From IMG/VR virus record IMGVR_UViG_3300032320_000486, positions 1-38,231 of that record: DNA of 38,231 nucleotides; one strand, written 5' to 3'. Shown here one piece after another: positions 1 through 7,482 of this stretch; position 1 is the first letter of the stretch; every line of letters starts with the position of its first letter. The notes under the pieces are model-generated. The model ran no database searches, was not told the origin of the DNA, and worked only from the letters and a program-made list of their open reading frames with translations. The stretch comes from a virus (lineage: Duplodnaviria > Caudoviricetes). Position numbers and translations under genes: made by a program.

Positions 1-146
1 CCAAGTACCTTGAGTTGGCTTGCACCGTGACGGTTAAAGGCTTGCACTTGCTCACCGACTTTGGCGCCAGCGGTCTCAGCAACCGCTAGTCCAAATATTT
101 TTTTGTTGCCATTGTTGCCAATGACGCACCATACTGCGCTATTCAT
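1..146 (-). CDS. hypothetical protein, partial (runs off window edge), MNSAVWCVIGNNGNKKIFGLAVAETAG...
   Basis: Hand-translated, not in ORF track; ATG at 146 preceded by GGAG RBS; frame open to position 1; downstream of motif copy at 191. Confidence 0.65.
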   Translation of the reverse strand, partial: MNSAVWCVIGNNGNKKIFGLAVAETAGAKVGEQVQAFNRHGASQLKVL

Positions 147-190
147 GATTACTCCGTTTCGTTGTCTAGGTGAGGACTACCCTCACAATT

Positions 191-217
191 CCAGTATGCC
201 CGCCCGCTCAAATTGGG
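191..217 (-). promoter_or_regulatory. conserved 27-bp motif, copy 1 (putative phage promoter/operator)
   Basis: ccagtatgcccgcccgctcaaattggg, 22/27 identical to copies at 4592 and 5376; intergenic, 45 bp upstream of a start codon. Confidence 0.65.
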
Positions 218-307
218 TTGCATACCTTATATATATGCTATGGCGCATAGCCCTGCCCCATGCCCCATAGGCATAAAGTAGAGACTATGCAATCGGTAGC
301 ACCAGAG

Positions 308-344
308 CACTGCCAATGCGCATGGGGGATGCGCACTGACAGTG
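308..344 (-). terminator. 16-bp stem-loop, terminator-like
   Basis: Minus strand CACTGTCAGTGCGCAT-CCCCC-ATGCGCATTGGCAGTG; both mismatches are G-U pairs only on the minus strand; follows stop at 362; no strong U tract. Confidence 0.55.
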
Positions 345-361
345 ATAGTGGTAGCCCATCG

Positions 362-529
362 CTACACTCTGGCTTTAGCCCTGTCATTGGCTAGAGCACT
401 CTTGAGTTCGTACACCAAGTCGCTAATCAAGCCGACATGGTTATGGTCAGGGTCATAGAACTCCTTGACCCCACTGTCCTGCACACTCTGCCAGTACTTG
501 ATGGCTTTGTGCACCGCTTGGCGGTTCAT
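362..529 (-). CDS. hypothetical protein (55 aa, MNRQAVHKAIKYWQSVQDSG...)
   Basis: Hand-translated; ATGA overlap with stop of 526..1014. Confidence 0.6.
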   Translation of the reverse strand: MNRQAVHKAIKYWQSVQDSGVKEFYDPDHNHVGLISDLVYELKSALANDRAKARV

Positions 530-1014
530 GACTGCCCACCAAAGAACAGGCTGTCCATCGCTGCCTTTACAGCATTGACTTGCTTCTGCTCTGCCATTTG
601 GCGTTGCACATTGGCTTGGAACTGCTGTTCCTCAATGGCTTCGACATACGGTGAGCCACCCTCATCATTCCAAGCAAAGTCAGGGCGATAGTCAGCCATA
701 AGGCGTACTTCATACTGCTTCTTGGTCTTGTTGAACGCAAAGTCCCAAACGACTGGGTATGCGTCAGCGTGATAGTTGAGCATCATGGCAATATGAGACT
801 CAAGCTTCTCTTGATAGTAATAAGCACGGGCATAAGCAACTTTGCGTGAGCCATGCTCTTTGACTGGGAATGTGCCTACCAAGCACCATTCGCCTAAGTT
901 GCTGAACGCGAACTGCATAGCACCATCAATGGTGTCACGCATCAGTTGCTTCTTGCCAACGCTTCGTTTGGGCTTACTTGGGGGCTTACTAACACTAAAT
1001 TGATGGGCTAACAT
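526..1014 (-). CDS. hypothetical protein (162 aa)
   Basis: ORF with AAGGAG RBS; first gene after motif copy 2. Confidence 0.75.
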   Translation of the reverse strand: MLAHQFSVSKPPSKPKRSVGKKQLMRDTIDGAMQFAFSNLGEWCLVGTFPVKEHGSRKVAYARAYYYQEKLESHIAMMLNYHADAYPVVWDFAFNKTKKQYEVRLMADYRPDFAWNDEGGSPYVEAIEEQQFQANVQRQMAEQKQVNAVKAAMDSLFFGGQS

Positions 1015-1071
1015 GACTATCTCCTTGTTTTATCGGCAACAGATGCCGTGGTGAGCGGAATTGCTCACACT

Positions 1072-1098
1072 TCAGTTTGCCCGACCGCCGAGTTTGGG
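1072..1098 (-). promoter_or_regulatory. conserved 27-bp motif, copy 2
   Basis: tcagtttgcccgaccgccgagtttggg, 22/27 identical to copies 3 and 4; 58 bp upstream of ATG at 1014. Confidence 0.7.
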
Positions 1099-1118
1099 TC
1101 GGTATGGGCATTGCATAA

Positions 1119-1172
1119 GCACTAGCCGCCGGTGCATGGGAGTATGGTATCCACACACGCGACGACTAGTGC
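1119..1172 (-). terminator. long imperfect stem-loop, terminator-like
   Basis: GCACTAGTCGTCG pairs with CGGCGGCTAGTGC and GTGTGTGG with CCATGCAC on the minus strand, using several G-U pairs; ends the AAA/VWA operon. Confidence 0.55.
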
Positions 1173-1191
1173 CATTGGTAGTGGCTATGCG

Positions 1192-1260
1192 CTATCGGCC
1201 ACTATCGATGTAGATAATCCATGCGCCGACAACTAGCACAAGAGTTACCCACCAAACCAT
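1192..1260 (-). CDS. putative 22-aa single-pass membrane peptide MVWWVTLVLVVGAWIIYIDSGR
   Basis: Hand-translated; TAATG coupling to upstream stop; entirely hydrophobic core. Confidence 0.4.
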   Translation of the reverse strand: MVWWVTLVLVVGAWIIYIDSGR

Positions 1261-1973
1261 TACTCATCTCCTTCCGTTGGGTTGAGGAATCCATTGGGCT
1301 GATATTCCTTGATTGCCTCAATCATCATTGCCCATATCTTTGGCTGTGACTGCTTGAACTTAGGTGCAACAATCTGTGCCTCGCACAAGTGCATGAGCAA
1401 GTCTCTCTGCTTGTCGCTCAGTACGCCTATGGTCTGCTTGATCCTTGTCTCTGTCTCATCGTCAAACATGAGGTAGAAACTGTGGTCAGGCTTGTCGGTG
1501 CGCTCAAGGGTTACTGCAATGCCATTGGGGCTGGACATAGCAATAAGCGATGAGTTCTTAAACTTGGCATGCATAAACAAAGACACATAATCAGTGGCTT
1601 CGTATAGCGAGCACACAAGAGCCTTATCGCTAAGGAACTTGAACATATCTGTGGCTGAGTGCACTCCAACAGCAGGTTGCATACGAGCATGGACAGGGTC
1701 GCCACTGCCTACGCCTATGTACTCTGCCATTGCAGGGCCTACAACCTCTATGCCATCGTCAGGGTCACTGAACTGCCCCTCGCTAATGATTGTGCCAACG
1801 CAAAGCATTGCCTTGACCTCTGTGTTCTCTGCAAGGAAATCGTCAGTCATTTGCCGTGACTCACGCATCAGGCGCATTTGCAACTCTTGCCACTCGCTCT
1901 TGATGCCTGAGAAAGCGTCTTTGACAACGTTCTCTAGTTCTCCAAGCACATCGTGCTCGTCTTGCTTACTCAT
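1260..1973 (-). CDS. hypothetical protein (237 aa), possible distant paralog of 4059..4544 and 4715..5341
   Basis: ATGA overlap with VWA gene and AGGAGG RBS; weak motif similarity seen by eye. Confidence 0.75.
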   Translation of the reverse strand: MSKQDEHDVLGELENVVKDAFSGIKSEWQELQMRLMRESRQMTDDFLAENTEVKAMLCVGTIISEGQFSDPDDGIEVVGPAMAEYIGVGSGDPVHARMQPAVGVHSATDMFKFLSDKALVCSLYEATDYVSLFMHAKFKNSSLIAMSSPNGIAVTLERTDKPDHSFYLMFDDETETRIKQTIGVLSDKQRDLLMHLCEAQIVAPKFKQSQPKIWAMMIEAIKEYQPNGFLNPTEGDE

Positions 1974-3304
1974 CTGCTACCTCCTTGTAGGCGCTTCATT
2001 AGTTTCTCTGCATCCTCAACATTATCTACGCGTACAACCCTGTGCTTGCGAGTAATGTTCTCGATGTCTTTTAGCAAATTGCGGTTGGTGTGACCTGAGT
2101 TTACGCCTGTGACATAGCCATCGCTAACCCAAATAAGTGGCTGTGAACCACGCTCTCTGAGTGATGCGGCATACACAAGTGCAGGGCCATCTACAGCGTT
2201 ATCGCCAGGTACTTCGGGCAGCCGTCTAACCATGCGACCCTTCCTAGCAATAACCCATACATTCGGCTTGTCGGGCTTGTTTAGTCCGCCTGAATACATG
2301 AGCACAGTTGCACCTGCTGACGCCTTGAGCAAACGGTCTAGGTCACTTTCTGACAAGTGCATAGAGCCTGATGCGTCAATAACAACAACACCGCCAAGCG
2401 CTTTGGTCTTGCGACTAAACACACGCTTGTCGGGGTCACTAACCATGCGATTAAGGTAGCGGATTTCTCTGCCACTGTCACTTGCGATAGTCCTGCGACC
2501 CAACTTACCTGTGTGGTTGATGCTTAGTTCTGGCTTAGAAACAACAAGTTGCTCCCAGTCGCCAACTAAGTCACTGTCTTTGGGGTATGCCCTGTGTGGT
2601 GACTGTGCCTCTGTCTTGGCTTTCCTTCTGCCTCGTTGCTCATCAACCTGCTCGTTGGACATTCTGTCAATGGCTTGTACAAACCAAGACCAATCCTTGA
2701 TAGCACGCTTCTGCTGCATCTTGCTCTTGCTGTTTATCATCGTAAGCCTGAATACAAGGTCATAGTCATACATGTAACTAAGCACTTGGTTCTCAAACTC
2801 CATAAGTTCTGCAGCCAATGGCTTGTCTGCAACATTGCGCATCAAGTCAATAAAGGCTTGAGTACCAGCATGGCTAATCGCAGACAGAATGGCAGGCTTG
2901 GGCGGGTTGCCTTCGCTAAGCACACGTGCGAGGATTGTGGTTTCGGTAGTGCCAATGCTTGGGTCTTGCCTAAACGTATGGAAATGACGCGCATTGGCAA
3001 GAACACGGCAAGCAGTCTCTATAGACACTTCCGATACTCCCCAACGCTTTGCGTATTTCTTGGGTTCTGGCAAGTCATAGCGACTGCGTATGAGCACATA
3101 CCTGCGTAGTGTCTCTGCAACATCGCTATCACCAGTTGGCGCCTTGACTTGGTGCTTCTTCTTGGCAGTTGTGCTAAAGGTAACACCTACCGAGTCGATG
3201 GAGTATGCCTCTCCATTGCTCTGATAGGTATTCTCCTTGAGCAAGGGCCTGTCAGGAAGCACTTCTGGCGCAACAATATTGCGCTTGGTGCTGGTTTGGT
3301 TCAT
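1970..3304 (-). CDS. VWA domain protein (partner of MoxR-type AAA+ ATPase)
   Basis: MIDAS VVVIDASGSM and later LIWVSDG in the C-terminal domain; coupled to AAA gene. Confidence 0.85.
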   Translation of the reverse strand: MNQTSTKRNIVAPEVLPDRPLLKENTYQSNGEAYSIDSVGVTFSTTAKKKHQVKAPTGDSDVAETLRRYVLIRSRYDLPEPKKYAKRWGVSEVSIETACRVLANARHFHTFRQDPSIGTTETTILARVLSEGNPPKPAILSAISHAGTQAFIDLMRNVADKPLAAELMEFENQVLSYMYDYDLVFRLTMINSKSKMQQKRAIKDWSWFVQAIDRMSNEQVDEQRGRRKAKTEAQSPHRAYPKDSDLVGDWEQLVVSKPELSINHTGKLGRRTIASDSGREIRYLNRMVSDPDKRVFSRKTKALGGVVVIDASGSMHLSESDLDRLLKASAGATVLMYSGGLNKPDKPNVWVIARKGRMVRRLPEVPGDNAVDGPALVYAASLRERGSQPLIWVSDGYVTGVNSGHTNRNLLKDIENITRKHRVVRVDNVEDAEKLMKRLQGGSR

Positions 3305-4062
3305 TAGAATGTGCTCACATTCTGAGCAGACTCAGGGCGAGAGATATTCTGCACTGATTCTGACTGCGTGATAGCCAATGCACCAACGATGCTGTTAGCA
3401 ATGCGTGGCAAGCAAACACGGGCAGATGCCTCTAGGTTGCCGCTTGACTTGAGCAAGCCTGCAAATGCAAAGAATGAACGCAATGAGTAGCGGTCTGCGT
3501 CATCACGCATGGAGTACTCAAGTGCAATGTCTCGCAATTCGGCTGGCAATGCTGCAATAGCATCAGGATGTGGTTGCTCAATCTCTACGCGAACAACAAG
3601 ACGGTCAAGAACTGCAGGAGACAGGTCATCTGGCTCGCCGTTCATGGTTGCAACAACGCTAAAGCCCTGTGCTGGGCGAATGATTTCGCCAGTTTCTGGG
3701 TGCTCGAACGATGAAGATGCAACTGTGTCAATGATTGCCATGAGGCGTGCCTCAATGTCACCGTTCACACGATTGATTTCGTCTACAACAAGACGACCAC
3801 CTGTACGCCATGCCTTGATGGCTACGCCTTCCTCAAAGCGCCAGATGCCGTTGTCGTTCTGCTTGTACTTGCCAATCATGTCGCCGTCTGTCATTTCGTC
3901 TGTGCAGATGAGGCGGTACGACTTGCTTGTACCGAGGTGGTAGTTGAGACCAAAGTAGGTCTTGCCTGTGCCTGGCTTGCCGTAAAGCAATACACGGTCT
4001 AAGCCGTTAGCCATTGCAAAATTGGCTGTCTCCCAGCCAGTAGTAAGGGTTGATGTTGTCAT
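3304..4062 (-). CDS. MoxR/CbbQ-like AAA+ ATPase
   Basis: Walker A GKPGTGKT, Walker B LVVDEINR, sensor VVATMN, SPAVLDR arginine finger. Confidence 0.9.
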   Translation of the reverse strand: MTTSTLTTGWETANFAMANGLDRVLLYGKPGTGKTYFGLNYHLGTSKSYRLICTDEMTDGDMIGKYKQNDNGIWRFEEGVAIKAWRTGGRLVVDEINRVNGDIEARLMAIIDTVASSSFEHPETGEIIRPAQGFSVVATMNGEPDDLSPAVLDRLVVRVEIEQPHPDAIAALPAELRDIALEYSMRDDADRYSLRSFFAFAGLLKSSGNLEASARVCLPRIANSIVGALAITQSESVQNISRPESAQNVSTF

Positions 4063-4544
4063 TTGTTGCCTGCTTTCTTGGTTAGTGATTTTGTGATAAG
4101 CGCTGATATTGCATCAGCCATTGAGCCAGTTCCTTCGCCCTGTGCTTCCACAGTGTCTGGGTCTTGCTCAAACCTTAGGAATGTTTGTCGTGAGCCATGC
4201 TCACAAGCACTTGCAAATACGCGAACGCGCTTTCTGTCTTTGTGCTGGCTAGGTGGAATCTCGTTGCCATCATCATCGTCGGATAATGGCGATGCCCAGC
4301 CGTAAGTGATAACAGCAATAGCAATGCTGTCGTACTTGGACAAGTCAGTAGAAGCATCTTCGCTGCTCAGTAACTCATACACATCGCTGTTGAAGTCAAT
4401 GAGTGAGTAAACACCCTCTTCATCGATGTGATAAAGCCTTGCATTTGAGTAATTGGCTTCGTGGTCAAAGGCTGTGCCTTTGCGTTTGTCTTGCTCGAAC
4501 AAAGCACTTTCGGCTTTGCTAAGCACTGTGTTGGATAATGACAT
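4059..4544 (-). CDS. hypothetical protein with W-x-x-P...PS-x-H motif (161 aa)
   Basis: Start moved to MSLSNT at 4544 (AGGGAG RBS); paralogous to 4715..5341. Confidence 0.75.
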   Translation of the reverse strand: MSLSNTVLSKAESALFEQDKRKGTAFDHEANYSNARLYHIDEEGVYSLIDFNSDVYELLSSEDASTDLSKYDSIAIAVITYGWASPLSDDDDGNEIPPSQHKDRKRVRVFASACEHGSRQTFLRFEQDPDTVEAQGEGTGSMADAISALITKSLTKKAGNK

Positions 4545-4591
4545 GGTGTTGTCTCCCTGTTGGTCATGGCGGGCTGAACTGCCCGACACAC

Positions 4592-4618
4592 CCAGTCTGC
4601 CCGACCGCCGAAATCGGG
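4592..4618 (-). promoter_or_regulatory. conserved 27-bp motif, copy 3
   Basis: ccagtctgcccgaccgccgaaatcggg, identical to 5376..5402. Confidence 0.75.
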
Positions 4619-4644
4619 GCTCCCATGGACAATGAACATGTCTT

Positions 4645-4687
4645 AGAAATAGAAATACCCCACGGCATGCGGATACGCCGTGGGGTA
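4645..4687 (-). terminator. intrinsic terminator
   Basis: TACCCCACGGCGT / ATGCCGTGGGGTA stem followed by TTTCTATTTCT on the minus strand, just after stop at 4715. Confidence 0.8.
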
Positions 4688-4714
4688 CTTAGGGTAATTG
4701 GTAGCTGGTAGGTG

Positions 4715-5341
4715 TTACTCGGTGTCCTCCTCTATTACTTTCTGAATCGATTCCATAATCTCTAGGTATTCGTCTGGCTCGTGTTCTCGCAGAGCAGTTG
4801 GTAGGTAGTCGAAGTCGAGTAGTGCATCGACCAGTCTTTGCTGCCCACCGGCTTGCCCCTCGTTGTACTCATCCTCTGTTAGATAGTTAACATCGGTGGT
4901 GCCATCCTCGAATCGAATGATAAAGAACACGTGGTTGTATGTGAATGTTGCAGTGATTACGCAGCTTCTTTTCTCCGGGTGCTCTGATGGGCGAACCTCA
5001 CCTGTTGGCCCCATCCATGCACCAGCTCGCACCATGGTGCCAATCTTGCCATTGACCAAAGCATGAGCAACAGCTAGCTGCTTGTTTTGCAAACCGTCGT
5101 AAAGGTCTTCACCCTCACCTGTTAGCACAGCTGAAATTGCGTCTTCCTCAAACGAATCGGTGCCGTCACGATCTGCAGTTGATACGACTGCCCATATCTG
5201 ACCACGTGTGCCCGGATCACCATACTTATCGTTGATTTGTTCTTCTACTTGCTTTAACGATTCGATAACAACATCAATTGCATCGCTGATTATCTCTTGA
5301 GTTACATCCTCAAGAATTTCTTTTGCTTGCTCGTCACTCAT
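4715..5341 (-). CDS. hypothetical acidic protein with PSEHP motif (208 aa)
   Basis: Start moved to MSDEQAK at 5341 (GGAG RBS); paralogous to 4059..4544. Confidence 0.75.
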   Translation of the reverse strand: MSDEQAKEILEDVTQEIISDAIDVVIESLKQVEEQINDKYGDPGTRGQIWAVVSTADRDGTDSFEEDAISAVLTGEGEDLYDGLQNKQLAVAHALVNGKIGTMVRAGAWMGPTGEVRPSEHPEKRSCVITATFTYNHVFFIIRFEDGTTDVNYLTEDEYNEGQAGGQQRLVDALLDFDYLPTALREHEPDEYLEIMESIQKVIEEDTE

Positions 5342-5375
5342 TGCTTTCTCCAATCTGAAGGCGGGTTTGCCAATT

Positions 5376-5402
5376 CCAGTCTGCCCGACCGCCGAAATCG
5401 GG
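5376..5402 (-). promoter_or_regulatory. conserved 27-bp motif, copy 4
   Basis: Identical to 4592..4618; 35 bp upstream of ATG at 5341. Confidence 0.75.
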
Positions 5403-5414
5403 CCGACATGGGTA

Positions 5415-5588
5415 TTACTTTTCGATGTGCTCTCGCGAGAACTCACCAAGCAACTCGATCAACCTTTCCTCTGTAAAGTTAGAGGCAACTTTGATTGCTG
5501 TTTCTTGTGCTAGCTCTCGTGCAGCTTCACTCTCATTGGTCAGTGACTGAACCAGTAGTTCCTTGAATTGTTTTTCTAGCAGTTGCAT
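5415..5588 (-). CDS. hypothetical helical protein (57 aa, MQLLEKQFKELLVQSL...)
   Basis: Hand-translated; strong GGAGG RBS; fills an otherwise empty gap. Confidence 0.6.
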   Translation of the reverse strand: MQLLEKQFKELLVQSLTNESEAARELAQETAIKVASNFTEERLIELLGEFSREHIEK

Positions 5589-5712
5589 TGCTTTCCTCCA
5601 TTTCTGCGCCCACAGAACAGTGAGCTTTTGCGTTGTAGCATATCGGCGGATACGTCCTGATGTGCGTGGTAATCATCTTCTTGCACTTAGGACACACCCA
5701 ATTTGTTTTCAT
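5533..5712 (-). CDS. small Zn-ribbon-like protein
   Basis: WVCPKC...C...H; ATGA overlap at 5712. Confidence 0.55.
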   Translation of the reverse strand: MKTNWVCPKCKKMITTHIRTYPPICYNAKAHCSVGAEMEESNATARKTIQGTTGSVTDQ

Positions 5713-6116
5713 GAGACCAGCTGACACTCACATTTCTTAACGTAATTACGAGGAAGGCCAGTCAGGATATCAGTACTCGTGTAGTAGTCTTGTGTCATTA
5801 CCCACACGTCGTTGCCCTTGTAAGCCCATCGTGAGCCGTCGTCCCAACCACTGCCCTTGCATGTACTGCAGCTAGGAACACCCTCAACTGCTTTGTTCTT
5901 AATCTTTCGAATCACATCCTTAAGCCGCGCAAGACTTGGGAATGACGAATCATTCTCTAGCTTGAGCAAAACCTCTTTAATGTCGTCCGCTTCCACTTGA
6001 AGCAGCAAGAACTCATCTTTAGTCCATGCATTCTTGACCGTGTTCCTGGCGATGTTTGAACTTGGGAACAATCCGCAGATACGGTCGATCAACAACTCGA
6101 TATGTGCTGGTGTCAT
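5709..6116 (-). CDS. hypothetical protein; helical N-terminus (helicase loader/inhibitor-like) plus CxxCxGxG...CxC Zn finger
   Basis: W...FPSLA pattern followed by CSTCKGSGW and KKCEC; function is inference. Confidence 0.6.
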   Translation of the reverse strand: MTPAHIELLIDRICGLFPSSNIARNTVKNAWTKDEFLLLQVEADDIKEVLLKLENDSSFPSLARLKDVIRKIKNKAVEGVPSCSTCKGSGWDDGSRWAYKGNDVWVMTQDYYTSTDILTGLPRNYVKKCECQLVS

Positions 6117-6250
6117 TTCTTCTTCTTTCTAGACTCGACTTCCTTGCGAAGCACTGTCACCACGTGAACGAGTCTGTCGGTTTCTGACTGTCCTGTATAC
6201 ACTTTTTCTAAGTATCTGATTGCATCTACTAATACCGCTGTCGGGATCAT
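6113..6250 (-). CDS. hypothetical protein (45 aa, MIPTAVLVDAIRYLEKVY...)
   Basis: Hand-translated; ATGA overlaps at both ends. Confidence 0.6.
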   Translation of the reverse strand: MIPTAVLVDAIRYLEKVYTGQSETDRLVHVVTVLRKEVESRKKKK

Positions 6251-6576
6251 GATGTTGGCCACCTCCTAAGGCCGAGTAACTTTAGTCGCTCGTTAGCTGT
6301 TTTCCCACCCCAAACACCAAAGGCGAGCATATTGTCTTTGGCATACTTCAGACACTGGTAGGTGACCGGACAAGTCCTGCAAATAGCTTTGGCAGCGTCA
6401 ATGTTTGGCTTGTTGTTTCCTCTAATAGAGAAGAACAGGTCTGTCTGCCCCTTGCAAGCAGCGTCCTCTTTCCACTCGATAGTCCTATTACTTAGTCCCC
6501 AAGAGCTAAGAAGCTCAGTTGACACAAGTTCCCTCCTTTGTTTGTCGGTTAAAGGATTCTTGTTTACATTCCCCAT
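6247..6576 (-). CDS. whiB: WhiB family Fe-S transcription factor
   Basis: W...AAC, DLFF, AKAICxxC, C, GVWGG turn: complete four-Cys WhiB signature. Confidence 0.92.
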   Translation of the reverse strand: MGNVNKNPLTDKQRRELVSTELLSSWGLSNRTIEWKEDAACKGQTDLFFSIRGNNKPNIDAAKAICRTCPVTYQCLKYAKDNMLAFGVWGGKTANERLKLLGLRRWPTS

Positions 6577-6974
6577 GGGCTAAAGCTATTGCCCGCAGCT
6601 TCGTAGACTGCCAAAGCCGCCACCAAATTCACGGTGGGGTCTAGTAGGTCTTTGCAATTGTTCACGATTCTTAGGGTCTGCAAGTAGCCTTTTGCTGAAT
6701 ACCTTGACGGCTTGCACCAGGTTGCGTCGTTGATTTGAAGCAACCCGTAGTCCCAAGACCCGTTCCTGTTCAGGGTTGTGTTGAGTGCGTTCGGTCTGCA
6801 TCTCGACTCCCTGTGCATGATGTAGTCCAGCGTCTTTAGGTTCCGGACTTTCCAGCCAACAGACACCGCATACTCTCGCCATTGTGGACACAAACCTTTG
6901 CTTTTGGCAGCGTGTGCATGTCCACTGGGGAGTACTGATGCCAGTACAACCGTAACTAAAGCTAGTAGTTTCAT
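6564..6974 (-). CDS. secreted lysozyme-like/lytic transglycosylase (SLT) protein
   Basis: Signal peptide ending AHA; catalytic IMHRES, DYGLLQIN, C-terminal SPW. Confidence 0.8.
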   Translation of the reverse strand: MKLLALVTVVLASVLPSGHAHAAKSKGLCPQWREYAVSVGWKVRNLKTLDYIMHRESRCRPNALNTTLNRNGSWDYGLLQINDATWCKPSRYSAKGYLQTLRIVNNCKDLLDPTVNLVAALAVYEAAGNSFSPWGM

Positions 6975-6992
6975 TTGACTCCTCCAAGTTTA

Positions 6993-7331
6993 TCAAACTA
7001 AGCCTGCTTTTTTTAATAATTGCACTAACGCCTCCAACGTTAGTACTGCGTATTGGGAGCTGGCACTGCCGTGGCCGCGTCGCTTAGCCACGACAATACC
7101 AAACTCTGCCCCTGCATTACCCCTCTCAACCTCTGCTTCATTGAGCCAGCCTGAGAAGTTTAACGTCTTGTGATCCTTGCATTCCCACACAAGCTTTTTG
7201 TTGGTACCTGCAATATCACCCTTGTCGTGTATCCCGCTGAGTGTGCGTCGTTCAACATTTGGATAAGTGTCACGTAAATAATTTACGATCAGCGTCTCGA
7301 ATGCTGTTCCTTTAGCTTTGCTCTTGCTCAT
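6993..7331 (-). CDS. Holliday junction resolvase, Hjc-like PD-(D/E)XK nuclease
   Basis: KAKGTAFE...DKGDI...WECK pattern. Confidence 0.8.
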   Translation of the reverse strand: MSKSKAKGTAFETLIVNYLRDTYPNVERRTLSGIHDKGDIAGTNKKLVWECKDHKTLNFSGWLNEAEVERGNAGAEFGIVVAKRRGHGSASSQYAVLTLEALVQLLKKAGLV

Positions 7332-7482
7332 ACAACCTCAATGCGTGTACACACGGATCTCCACCGTCGTCCCACTGTACATTCTCCTCGTCCGTCATGG
7401 GAAGACCATCGTGAGTGGAACAGACGGGAGACGAACAATACTTACGCTCGACTCCGTACTGTATCCACTCGTATATATCCAT
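7312..7482 (-). CDS. small Cys/His protein (56 aa, MDIYEWIQYGVERKYCSSPVCSTHDGLP...DPCVH)
   Basis: Hand-translated; TAATG coupling; C-x4-C-x2-H...C-x-H metal-binding pattern. Confidence 0.7.
   Translation of the reverse strand: MDIYEWIQYGVERKYCSSPVCSTHDGLPMTDEENVQWDDGGDPCVHALRLYEQEQS

Noticed and set aside
1051-1068. gtgagcggaattgctcac resembles the lac operator (vector contamination)
   Set aside because: Only the first 9 bases match; it occupies the same position as the 5' hairpins of the other cassettes and no vector sequence flanks it
191-5402. 27-bp repeats as a CRISPR array or att sites
   Set aside because: Copies are 0.8-3.5 kb apart and separated by genes; no cas or integrase gene in the window
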